This document shows, piece by piece, positions 37,350-49,499 of a stretch of DNA of 64,000 nucleotides (position 1 is the stretch's first letter; every line of letters starts with the position of its first letter). Below the pieces are notes generated by a model, which did not search any database, was not told the origin of the DNA, and saw nothing but the letters and a program-made list of their open reading frames with translations. A program made the position numbers and the translations under genes. Source of the stretch: Stegostoma tigrinum (lineage: Eukaryota); the NCBI RefSeq assembly GCF_030684315.1, contig NC_081387.1:20146678-20210677 (forward strand), written 5' to 3'.

Positions 37350-39888
37350 TAAATTGTACCGAACATTTGTTTGTTCAACCTGTAATAGCAACGTTTTATT
37401 ATTTGCCCATGGAGTGCAGCAAGACTTCATCAGAATGATTTCTAAGGAGACAGGATTGTTGCACAAGCAGAGACAGGACCGACGAGGCCTGCAGTCATAT
37501 CACTTGAATGAGACGAGGAATACATTGTGCTGCTTAAAATTCTGGCAGAGCGAGACTGATTGGATGCTAGGCTAAAGTTTCTCCTGCCTGCGTCATCCAA
37601 ATGAAAGTGATAAGGTTTCATGATATGGGACAGACCATTTACAACTGAGATGAGGAGGGTAGTGATTGATATAATGCTTTACCACACAAGGCCACTGAGA
37701 CTAAATCACTGAACATATTTGAGAAAGCAATAGATACGTTTCTAGTGTTTAGTGGAGTCAAACGTTATTGAGAGAGCTTGCAGGTATGTCTCTGAGATAC
37801 AGAATCACCTTATATTCATATTGAATGGTGGAGAAGGATTGATGGGCCGAATAGGCTATTCCAGTTTCATGTTTCAACCCTTCCATATTAGCAGGTGGGA
37901 AAGAATGAGTACATGTTATTATGTATTCAGCTTCTTGGCAATTCAAAGAAATCTGCAGTGCCGGTCATGCCTTGATGTAGAAGCAGTTGCAGGTTGTAGA
38001 AAATGCCAATCTTTGCCTCTTTGACTGAAGTTAAATTAGTGTTATTTTCGCCAGGCTTTCTTTAGTTTTTAATTGGCACAGTTAGAGGAGAAAAACACAC
38101 AACGGATGAAAATATTCTTAAAATGTATGATTCCAAATTGCTAATTTTGCAGTTTTGACATTAATGTGTGCTGAATCACTTAGCAGACCAATTGTAGTCT
38201 CTCAGAATGGGAAGGTCTATGTTAATCTCTTCCGGCTTTAGTTCAGCAAAGAAAAAAACAGTTCGGAGACATTAGTTGATTTAATTACCTTTAATATTTA
38301 GAGTCAATAAATTCTCCCGTGCTATGATGGTGAAGTTTGCCCTTAATTCACACATAGTATATCATTTTTGAAAACCAGTATATTTTAGGAAGTTTTGAGT
38401 TGGGAGATTAGTATTGAAATCCCACTGTTAGGTCCATACCACATGGTGCTTGATTTGCAGTGATTTTTCCGTTCGCACTTTCATTCCATTACGACTAATA
38501 TACTTTGTTGAGAGTAGTAAATAAAGTCGGAACTTAAAGGGAAAATGTAGCAAATCAAAGGGAATGGAAGAAAGCTCCTGCAATGAGGGAAGAGTTGGTG
38601 GGAGGCATTTTAACTCATGACAGTTTATGGATGTATACAGATACTGGGCCTATGGTTTAAAGCTGTTCACAATTGGGGTACTCCTTGTCTCATATCAAAG
38701 ACTGACGTACATTAATGGATAGACATAGATAGCAGTGATTCGTCAAAACTGCCTGATTATTGTCACATGAAACGAGCAGAATTGCAGAAGGTGGATTAGA
38801 GAGGCCTTTTGTCCAATAAATCCAAAGTTCTCACGCGTTCCCGTGCCCTGATAACTCACTGAAATGACACTTGGTAATTTCAATATGCTGTGAACCCCAT
38901 CAGCATCAGTCGTAGCTTTCTTGAATTCTCCAATGAAACTGAGAACAGGCTAGATGTTGAACCAAAGTTTCGGTGAAATCAAGTGAAATACTGCAGGTGC
39001 TGGAAATCAGAAATACAAACAGGAAATGTCGTTCTGACAGCACATAGAGAGAAGGAAAAACTTAGTTAATATTTAATGTGTACAGTTGAAAGTGAAAATT
39101 CTGAAGAAGAATAAAATCCGACTCCAAATATTAAGTTTCTTTCCCTTTGCCTGGATGCTATCAAATTTGTTGACTTTCTCCCTTATCCATGTTCTGCCTT
39201 TATTAAATCAGATTCTTCGTGCTCCACTACAGGTTCACTGGGAATTTCATAGATAGGTGCTAAGAAAGCCTATTGTGAGTTCCTTGCTAATATTCCAACA
39301 TGAATTCTAGGCCACGAAGACTACGGTCATTCACAGCTGTAGACAGATGTACAATATGCGTTGCTATCTTTCTAGGAGACAATCTTTTCATCGGTATCGA
39401 GTTCAGTGTTGGAGTTTTGCAGGTACATTGAAGTTAGGTTCAGGAATATGTCGTTCAATCTTCCGAGAATACTCCATCATTTCATGATATCCTGATTGGT
39501 CTCACAGTGATCTCAGCTCCACTGTGTGGCCTGTTCCCGATAGCCTTTGACTGCTTTGCCCATCAAAATCTTTTCAACTCAACCTTGGATAAATTTAAAG
39601 ATACAACGCCCACTACTTCCTGGGAAGGGAATTCCAAAGATGACGAACATCTGAGACAAAGAGAGAATATTACCCTCATCTTTGCCTTCTGTAAGGAAAC
39701 TTTAGTTTTTAATCTATGCCCCCCAGTTCTAGCGTGTACTACAGGAGGAAATGTTACTTTAGCCATTGATTAATCTATTTTCCTTTTCTTTGTCCCGAGG
39801 TCTACATTAGTCGTCAGAAGTGACCGAGTTAGATTCTATTCCCAGAAATTGGTGCCTAATGTGCAAATATATAATACTGGGTGCAATA

Positions 39889-40509
39889 TGTTTTGGTCCA
39901 GACCAAACCTGCTCAAAATGTATTAAGAAGATAGTTTCGATCATAAAGTTATTTTAAAGCTAAGTGTAAGGCATTGTGTTCTGAATGCAATTTGATTGGC
40001 TAAACTGTCATGCATGCAACAAAACACATTTTATTCATACACTATATTTAAAATACAGACAAAGGTGAAATAAAATTTTTAAAAATGGCTTAACTAACTC
40101 TATCAAAATGCTTAACAAAATAATAAACTATTTATTAACCAATCCAATATAGTAACATCCCTAAAAACACCCATGGGAAAAGCAAATTTAGTAAAATAGA
40201 TTGCCTCACATGCAAATCTAGCAGCGGGAAGAGCACCCCTGCTTTTAGCTGTAACAGAGAGAGGAATAAAAGCTTCCAACTTCGAGACTCCAGCATCTGT
40301 GACTGAAGGCTAAGTGTCGAAAGCAATCTTTTTTTTTGGGGAGCTTGACCTCACCCATTCAGGCTGCTTCCTTTGTTCCAACTTAAAAAAAAAACCTCGA
40401 AATCTGTTTACTTTATTGGATTTGGAACAGAATATTCGTAGCCTCTGTGTCAAGTTATCTTCATAAAACAAGGTCAAAATGCACCTCTTAAAGCCACAGT
40501 AGCATCACA
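39889..40509. mobile_element. Probable solo LTR
   Basis: TG...CA termini, ~620 bp; ends resemble the element at 43234-45885. Confidence 0.55.
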
Positions 40510-40777
40510 GTTTCTACAGTAATATTATTGACACACACAATGCACTCCATTATCTAACTACAAAAGTACTGGATATCATCATTCCAACAATCTTAATGCA
40601 ATTTAGAATTTAAAAAAGTGCCAAAAACAATAGTTCATTTCTTTCTTTGTTGTCTGTGCATGTGGTTTTGTTAGTTCAAAACAAATGAGTAATTCACTAG
40701 CATTGTCAACAAATGCGGTGTTGAAGTCTTTAACTCAAGCATTACTACAACAAATTTCTCCTGCACTACGTTCATCA

Positions 40778-41020
40778 ATGATGATTATAATTTGGCAATT
40801 TATGATGATGCAGCTCATTCTCTTTCCACTAATCATTGGTGAGTTAAATTATATTGTTCGTCATTATGCACTGCTCTTCTTATAGCACATGGTACCTTGT
40901 GATGCTCTGTTTTATTTAGACAATTTGTTCGTCTGTAATGCCCTCGTCAACTATGATCACTGTTATATGATTACATAATTCTCAGTTTGCAATTTACTTG
41001 AATAAGTAGAATACAATTCA
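40778..41020 (+). pseudogene. Probable degenerate paralog of gene B (leader exon 40778-40838 plus decayed Cys exon ~40920-41004)
   Basis: Leader MMIIIWQFMMMQLILFPLII G|gtgagttaaat aligns with the gene B leader. The downstream phase-1 segment DNLFVCNALVNYDHCYMIT* has a stop and no GT donor. Confidence 0.5.
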
Positions 41021-43029
41021 ACTTTTGAAAGGTTTCTGTTTGAAACCACGGAATATACCAGATATAATGCGCTAATGTCAGACGCTCCATCAGAAATTAC
41101 CTTATTGCCATTTTCTGTACCATAATGTCACTTTATAAAACGTAAAGGAGTTTTCTCTATAACTTTATTTTAAATTCATTTTTGCGGAATGTGGGTGTCG
41201 CTGTCTGGCCAGCATTTATTGCTCATTTCTAGTTGCTCTTGAGAAGTTGATGATGAACTGTCTTCTTGAAATGTGCAGTGGGTTGATGTGGGTTGATCAC
41301 GAATGCCATTAGGGAGGGAATTCCAGAATTCACTAAATTCACTAAAGATCCTCAGACAGTACCTTCCAAACCCACGACCACTTCTTTCTAGAAGGACAAG
41401 GACAGCAGGTATATGGGAACAGTGTCACCTTCAAGGGCACCTCCAAGAACTCACAGTCCTTACTTGGAAATATGTTGCCATTCCTTCACTGTTGCTGGGT
41501 CAATATTCTGGAATAATTTTAAATTTAAATATAACAAGAGCTCTGTGCATTCTCAGATTGGTAGAAGATACTAAGAAGTAGAAAGTAGCCTTCGGGGAGT
41601 GATAAAGGGCAATAGAAATATGAATGCCATATAGTTCAGTATCACACGTAATCGATTTGCCATTAGCTTTACCTTTTGGCTCAGAAGAGACGGGACAACG
41701 CAATCAACACTTAACTGTTTCAAAGCGTGAACGTATTGCAACGTTATATTTAAGGTACTGTTCATACTAGGACTGCATATTTATTACACAAACACTCTAT
41801 TTGCACATTTCATGAAGCTCACCTTGCCACCTCTCCTCCACTCAGCAAAATGAACGCAGCCTTTGTGTGCTGAAATAACGTAAAAAAAAGAAACTGGACT
41901 GAACCGAGCGCCTTCTTTTATTTTATTCTGACGCTCCAGCTTTGATAAACGTTTTTGTACCGACGTGCAATACATTTAGATGAATGCAAAAAAAAAGAAC
42001 ATGATGTTGTTCCCCCTAGTTTAGCCTCTGAGCGATAGTAACCCACCGAATGCTGGTAGCACGGATTCTGCAGTGGTAATGCCGTTGCATGTGAAGCAGC
42101 GATAGTTAGATTCTCTCTTGTTGGTAACAGTCATGGCTTTGCTCTTTTATGGCAGAACGGCAATTTTTGTTTGGATATTTTTTGCTATGAATACTTTCCA
42201 GATCTCCTTGCACTTGCACTGAACTACTTCAGTATCTGAGGAATCACGAATAGTGCTGAACAACATGCAATCATCAATGAAGATTCCCACTTCTGACTTT
42301 ATGATGGAGGCAAGGCAACTGTTGAAGCAGCTGCAAGTGGCTGGGACGCGACAGTGAGAGGTTTAGGGATCCTTCTGTGCAATAATAGTTACCCTATCTC
42401 AAAGGCAGGAGGCCTTAGTTCAAATCTCACATGTTCCAGAGGTGTGTAATGACATACATTAATAGGTTGACCAAAGAAAACAGAATGTGAACTTGTGGTT
42501 CTTGAGTACAGTGGCAGGGTCGCTACCACTAAGCCAGAAAGCTCTGAATCATTGCCCCACTTGTTCCAGACATGTTCAATGATACGTCCGGAAAATTGGT
42601 TAGAAAATACCGACGCATTTATCGTTGCATCCCAAAAAAAAAAGTCAGCAGCGCCACCTGGCAAAATCACATCCACAGACACGGCGGTACATTGCTAAGG
42701 CGTCATCGGCAAGAGCTCGCAATTCATTGGTCGACATAAAAAAAGGCAAGGGCTGCAACGTCACTGAAATATAGCAGAGTAGAAGAAGATGTCTCGGCCA
42801 ATGGTATTAGCACTCGTTTCTGAACTAATGTTTCTATTATTGTTTTTCTCCTCCTTTCTGTCCTTAACCTTGCGCTTCGTTTCTTTTCAAATCTCTGCAG
42901 CCCTCTCCAGTCGTGAATGGAGGTGCACAATTGAACAACTCACTGGGAGAAGTGCCTCCAAATTAACCCCCGCCCTCAATGATGTAAAAGTAATTACAAA
43001 CATCTTTAGCTGGATGTGCTGAGTAGATG

Positions 43030-46000
43030 ATCCAACTTGACCTCCTCCAGCCGTCCCCGGATCACAGAAGCCAGTCTTCAGGCGACACGATTCACTCTAC
43101 ATGATATCAAGCTCAGTTTGGAGCCACTGGACACTGCAAAGTCTATGGATCCTGACGACATTCCACAACAGTACAGAAGACTTGTGCTCCAGAACTTGCC
43201 ACTTCCCTGGCCAAACAATTCTAGTCCAGGTGATGTTATGGACCAGACCAGAAGCCCTCAAAATATTTTAAGAATATTCCCCAGACCCTAAGATAACGTA
43301 GTATGGAACTGGGTGAACAGAGCAGGCCAGAGAACATTGGAGAAACAGGAAAGTTGAAATTTCTGAAGAATGGCCCCGAGTCGAAACGTCAACATTTCTG
43401 CTAATCTAAGGTTGCCTGGCCTGATGTGTTCTTCCGGCCCAGCACTATGTTATGTCTGGCTCCAGCATCTGAAGTTATTCCTATCTCTAGACCCTTTTCC
43501 TTTTTTAAAGGTAGATCTGATGTGGGGGCTCCAAGTGTGATGTAACTGGTCAAACCATTTGTCTTTAAGCAAAACACAATTTAACTAAACACTACAGTGA
43601 AAACATGAGCAAAAGAAAACGGAATTTAGAGTAACTTAAGATAACAAAGTGTGGAGCTGGATGAACACAGCAGGCCAAGCAGCATCTCAGGAGCACAAAA
43701 GCTGATGTTTCGGGCCTAGACCCTTCATCAGAGAGGGGGATGGGGAGAGGGAGCTGGAATAAATAGGGAGAGAGGGGGAGGCGGACCGAAGATGGAGAGA
43801 AACAAGATAGGTAGAGAGGAGAGTATAGGTGGGGAGGTAGGGAGGGAATAGGACAGCCCAGGGAAGATGGACAGGTCAAGGAGGCAGGATGAGGTGGTAG
43901 GTAGGAAATGGAGGTGCGGCTTGAGGTGGGAGGAAGGATGGGTGAGAGGAAGAGCAGAGACAGGCTGGGCTGGTTTTGGGATGCAGTGGGGGGAGGGGAA
44001 GAACTGGGCTGGTTTTGGGATGCAGTGGGGGAAGGGGAGATTTTGAAGCTTGTGAAGTCCACATTGATACCATTGGGCTGCAGGGTTCCCAAGCGGAATA
44101 TGAGTTGCTGTTCCTGCAACCTTCGGGTGGCATCCTTGTGGCACTGCAGGAGGCCCATGATGGACATGTCGTCTGAGGAATGGGAGGGGGAGTTGAAATG
44201 GTTCACGACTGGGAGGTGCAGTTGTTTGTTGTGAACTGAGCGGAGGTGTTCTGCAAAGCAGTGCCCAAGCCTCCGCTTGGTTTCGCCAATGTAGAGGAAG
44301 CCACACCGGGTGCAATGGATACAATATACCACATTGGCAGATGTGCAGGTGAACCTCTGCTTGATATGGAAAGTCATCCTGGGGCCTGGGATGGGGGTGA
44401 GGGAGGAGATGTGGGGGCAAGTGTAGCACTTCCTGCGGGTTGCAGGGGAAGGTGCCGCGTGTGGTGGGGTTGGAGGGGAGTGTGGAGTGGACAAGGGAGT
44501 CGCGGAGAGAGTGGTCTGTCTGGAAGGCAGACAAGGGTGGGGATGGAAAAATAGCTTGGGTGGTGGTGTCGGATTGTAGATGGCGGAAGTGTCGGAGGAT
44601 GATACGTTGTATCCAGAGGTTGGTGGGGTGGTATGTGAGGACGAGGGGGATCCTCTGGGGGTGGTTGTGGCGAGGGCGGGGTGTGAGGGATGTGATGCAG
44701 GAAATGTGGGAGACGCGGTCAAGGCATTCTCGACCACTGCAGGGGGAAAGCTGTGGTCCTGGAAGAACATGGATATCTGGGGTATGCAGGAGTGGAATGC
44801 CTCATCCTGGGAGCAGATGCGGCGGAGGCGGAGGAATTGGGAATAGAGGATGGAATTGTTGCAGGAGGGTGGGTGGGAGGAGGTGTATTCTTGGTAGCTG
44901 TGGGAGTGAGTGGGCTTGAAATGGACATCAGTTGCTAACTGGTTACCTGAGATGGAGACTGAGAGGTCCAGGAAGGCTAGGGATGTGTTGGAGATGGCCC
45001 AGGTGAATTTGAGGTTGGGGTGGAAGGTGTTGGTAAAGTGGATGAACTGTTCGAGCTCCTCTGGGGAGCAAGAGGCGGCGCTGATACAGTCATCAATGTA
45101 ACGGAGGAAGAGGTGGGGTTTGAGGCCTGTGTAGGTACGGAAGAGGGACTGTTCCACGTAACCTACAAAGAGGCAGGAATAGCTTGGGCCCATGTGTGTA
45201 CCCATGGCCACCCCCTTTGTCTGTAGGAAGTGGGAGGAATTGAAAGAGAAGTTGTTGAGGGTGAGGACGAGTTCGGCTAGGCGGATGAGGGTGTTGGTGG
45301 AGGGGGACTGGTCAGGCCTGCGGGACAGGAAGAAGCGGAGGGCCTTGAGGCCATCTGCATGAGGATTACAGGTGTATAACGACTGGACGTCCATGGTGAA
45401 AATGAGGTGTTGGGGGCCGGGGAATTGGAAGTCCTGGAGGAGGTGGAGGGTGTGGGTGGTGTCATGGCGTAGGTGGGGACTAGAGTAATTTAACTGTTGG
45501 AAAACCTGACTGAATATTGGTACAGTCATTTGACTAATTAACTGTTCCATTTAGTAACATTTCATAAACACCCCCCTCTACAAAAAGGTAAATTCAAACG
45601 CAGATTTTTACAGGCCGGAGAGAACAATATCTAGAAAGATTAAAAAGAAACTGAGTTAAAAATCATTTACTGAAGCTGTCAACTCTTCTGGACTCAAATA
45701 TCTTGTGACTGTTACACCTATTAAAAACCTAGGAAAAGCCTGAAATGCGAGAACTGGCCTCTTCCCTTCTATTGTTGAACTGTTAAACTCCTAAGACTCT
45801 TTGGCACCTCTGCCTTTACAACCTTCTTTTAAAAATCCAAGGACAAAATAATTGTTTTATTTGAAATAAAGTGACAGTATCGTCAAATTGACCCTACCCG
45901 ACGAGATGGAAAATTGCCCAGGTTTGTCCTTTGCACAAAAAAGCAGGACAAATCTAACTGAGTCAATTATTGTCCCATTCTCTCCTCTCAATCATCAATA

Positions 46001-47100
46001 AAGTGATGGAAAATGTCATTAACAATGTTATCAAGCAGCACCTGCTTGGCAATAACCTTCTCACTGAAGCCATGTTTGTATGCCACTGGTGCCACACAGT
46101 TCCTGGCCTCATTATAGCTTTGGTTCAACCATGCAGTAAAGAATTGAATTCCAGAGGTCAAGTGTGAGTGACAATCCCTGACATCAAGGCCGCATTTGAC
46201 AATTGTTCAAACAGCCCTAGCAAAACCAGAATTAATGGGATTTGGGGGGTAAACTCTCCTCTCGTGGTTGTGGTTGTTGGAGGTCAATCATCTCAACTCA
46301 AGGACATCAGTGCTGGAGTTCCTCTGGTTAGTGTTCTAGGCCCACTCATCTTCAATTACTTCAACATGACCTTCCCTCTATCATAAGGTCAGAAGTGAGA
46401 ATGTTCACCAATGTTTGCACCTTTGGTGACTCAAATAGGCCACATCCAAATGTAACAAGATCTGGACAATATCAAAACAAGGCTGACAAATGAAAAGTAA
46501 CGTTTACACAACACAATTGCCACTCAATTACCATCTCCAATAAGAAACAGTCTTATTGCTCCTAGGCATTCAATGGCATTAACATCACTGATTCCTCCAC
46601 TATCAACATTTCAGGACAAAACATTCACTAACGCAGCATTCACTTTTGAAGCATATTCACTAACATCCATTCCCTCACCCACTGACACTGAGTACAGAAG
46701 AGTATAGGGAGTTTAACAGTTCAACAATAGAAAGGAAGTGGCCAGTTCTCCAATTTCACGGTTTTTAAAAAAAAATTGTTTTAGCATTAGCAGCCGCAAG
46801 ACGCACTATAGAAAGTCATGCAATGTCCTGAATCAACAGCTTACATATTATAAGCACTTCCGTCTAGAAGCACAAAGGCAGCAGCTACATGGGAGCGCCA
46901 CCACATCGATGCTCCCTTCCAAGCTACGCCCTATCCTAATCTGGAAATATAGCATTGTTTCTTCACTGTAGCTGTTGAAATCCTGGAATTCCCTACTTAA
47001 TGGCAGTATGGTTCACCATCACATTCTCAAGGGCAGATAGGGTCCGGCAGTAAATGCTGGGAAGCCAGCAACAACTAGGTCCCACGATTGAATTAAAAAA
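43030..47100 (+). mobile_element. Family-B LINE split by an LTR-like insertion (43234-45885)
   Basis: RT sequence breaks at ~43230 and resumes collinearly at ~45890 (tggaaaattgcccagg, IKQHLLGNNLL, DIKAAFD, GVPLVSVLGP); 3' tail at 47040-47100. Confidence 0.8.
43640..45480 (-). mobile_element. 5'-truncated Penelope-like element (RT + GIY-YIG endonuclease)
   Basis: MDVQSLYT, KGVAMGT, RYIDD, FLDL and NVVYCIHCTRCGFLYIGETKRRL. Target duplication tagagtaaYttaa on both sides. Confidence 0.95.
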
Positions 47101-47267
47101 GTACAACCTCAGAGACTTTTAATGAATTCAAAAGAATGTACCTCCATTCTCAGGCAGTGCCTTCCAGTACTTGGCAACTGGCTTCGTGAACACATTTTCT
47201 TTCGTATTGCTTTAGCTCATTTTTTCCAATGATTGTATTTTGTTTTTTTTTCCGTCAAATTTAAGCA

Positions 47268-47600
47268 TCACTGGGAAGGCAAGCATTTATTGTCAATGCC
47301 TAACTGCCCCTGAACTAAGAGACTTAACGGCCCATTTTGAGGGCAGTTATGCATTAGTTACGTTGCTATATGTGTGAAGTAATATGTAGACAGAGAGCGT
47401 GAGGATCATAGATGTTCTCCAATGGACATTAATGAAGCAGATGGGCTTTTACCAAAATTTTTGATATTTTACAGCCACAACCTTGAGCCTACAACCTACT
47501 GCAGATATATTAATCGCACACAATTTCCAATAGCTGTCAGTATTAGGACTTGAAATTGTGTTCCCCGGTTATTCTAAAAGTATCGCTGTAGACGCTAGAG
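47268..47600 (-). mobile_element. Deu/SacSINE1-type SINE (head + tail)
   Basis: Tail gcatttattgtcaatgcctaactgccc joined directly to the body matching 24860-25100. Confidence 0.6.
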
Positions 47601-48671
47601 ATCCATCATATAAACGCAGAGTTTCACAACAACCATTCGCAACATGCACATCAGCGAATCACCAGGGCACTTTAACTAGCATGGCAAGGGCTGGGGATAC
47701 ACACAAACATCAAACACTGCTGTTTCTGTACAAGCCGTACACGTTAACATCTTGACTTGGAACCATGTCACCATGCTCACAGATGGTATGTTAAAACCCT
47801 GTATTTCTTTTCTTGTAGGAAGATGTTGGCATAAAATTCGAGTCACTGGGCCAGTTAACCAGATGTCCAAGCTGACACTCAAATCCCTTCAAGAACGCTG
47901 TTCAACTGTATTTTTTAAAAGATAGACTTGAAGCTAACCACAGGCTCACTTACCATGAATATATTGTCCTTGCCGTGGTAAAGAAACAACAGGAAGGAAA
48001 CTATCATCTTTACTCCGTCTAGCCGACTTGAGGTTTCAGACTCAAAATGTCGTTGCATTTATCCAGCAGTGGCCCATAGCTCAAGTGTAAATCTCGAGGG
48101 GAAGCATGTTAGGGCCTTATCAGAGAGGGTCAGGATGCATGAAAGAATTTTTAAAAAGCCAGTATTTGAGAAATGACTACAGACGACTCCTTGCTAATCT
48201 GCTTTTCATGTCAGCTAATATTGCTCCGAATTAAACAATAATAAATATCGTGAGACGGTGGCTGTACAATACAATTGAGCATTTAATTGCCAGGAGAGTA
48301 ATAAACAGTTTGCGTGCATTCAGACGTCATTGGTGAAATACTGGGATTTTGTTTGATCCTGGGTTAGTGCCTTGTTTCTAGAATGGTATTGTCACATGTT
48401 TGACATTTTAAACTGTGAAGCATACATAAACTTCAACAAGAAAACAGGAGTGTCACTTTTACCAACTGGGTAAGTTTAGTATTAAAGTTTAGCATTAAAT
48501 TAATGGGCTCACTAAAACCTCCCTTCAACCTTTCTCATGCGTGCATTTGACCTTCTTCTTTTGGAATACGTTAGGGCGAATTCAACCTTCTTTCCGTGCG
48601 GTCTATTTAACAAATTTTTCCATCACTGTGAGTCCGATGAGTAGACCTGCGAGCAAATTGTTTCTAATTGT

Positions 48672-48961
48672 TGACTCACTAGGAGAACGCGCCTAATAGC
48701 CGCTAAAATGTGGTTTCCCGCACATTTATGAACTTTGTTGAGACTCAATATTGGTGCACACGAAAATCACACAACCTGTCTGTTGAAGCACGAGGGATTC
48801 GTTTACATTGAAAATTTTCCTCTGCCTTTTAATTTCCAAAATAATCAGTAGGGTGAGATTTTATTTAGAGTGATGTTCATCTTGGACATCCTGTGGTTGA
48901 GATATCTCCATCTGCAAAGTACAATGACAGAAGCTGTGTACGCCCACAGAGATAGACCACA
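48672..48961 (+). promoter_or_regulatory. Putative gene B promoter: AP-1 plus three RUNX motifs
   Basis: TGACTCA 48672-48678; TGTGGTT 48709-48715 and 48892-48898; GACCACA 48955-48961. An Ets/PU.1-type GAGGAAGT sits in intron 1 near 49310. Confidence 0.35.
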
Positions 48962-49051
48962 AATTGTTCCGTATGCGCCTACTTATTAAGACTGTTCGCC
49001 TGGAGACTCCACGTTTACACGCTGCATGTCTTTACCATGAACGACTGGAGG

Positions 49052-49109
49052 ATGTGGATAATCCAGCGAATTGCCTTTACGCAGCTGATTCCCTTTGCAC
49101 TCTGCAATG
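49052..49109 (+). CDS. Gene B exon 1, signal peptide MWIIQRIAFTQLIPFALCN (alternative in-frame ATG at 49037)
   Basis: 58 nt, phase 1, donor G|gtgagt. Same size and donor as the gene A leader; homologous to the leader copy at 40778. Confidence 0.72.
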
Positions 49110-49499
49110 GTGAGTTAAATGTATTCTGTAGAGCTTGTAATATCCATCTAACTAATAGTTCCTGACCCGTCTTTTTAATAATTTGAGAATTATTGCAACC
49201 GTCTATGTTAACTTTGGGACATTTGTTAAATTAAGCAAAACTTCAAATTTTTACCGTTCCATGGGAGTCGCTTGCCTCAGCACATCCTGTAAACAGTTAC
49301 AAATCTCCGAGGAAGTGACCAATTCCAAGACAAAATTGTTCTACTGTTTAGTTTGACAACTAAATCCTCCGCTTTGAGCGGTGGTTGTAATGTCTTTTTT
49401 CATGGAGCAGCTCGCTGGTTCAAAAGATGGGAAAAAAGCTCCAACAGTCAATTAAATTGTGAAAAAATAGCAGACACAATGAAAAAGGCTAATAACTGC

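Noticed and set aside
48743-49030. Apparent degenerate Ig V exon (KITQP...KYNDR...LLIKTVRLE/DS...C)
   Set aside because: Needs several frameshifts and stops, has no convincing Trp/Cys spacing, and the donor at 49110 is better explained by the gene B leader.
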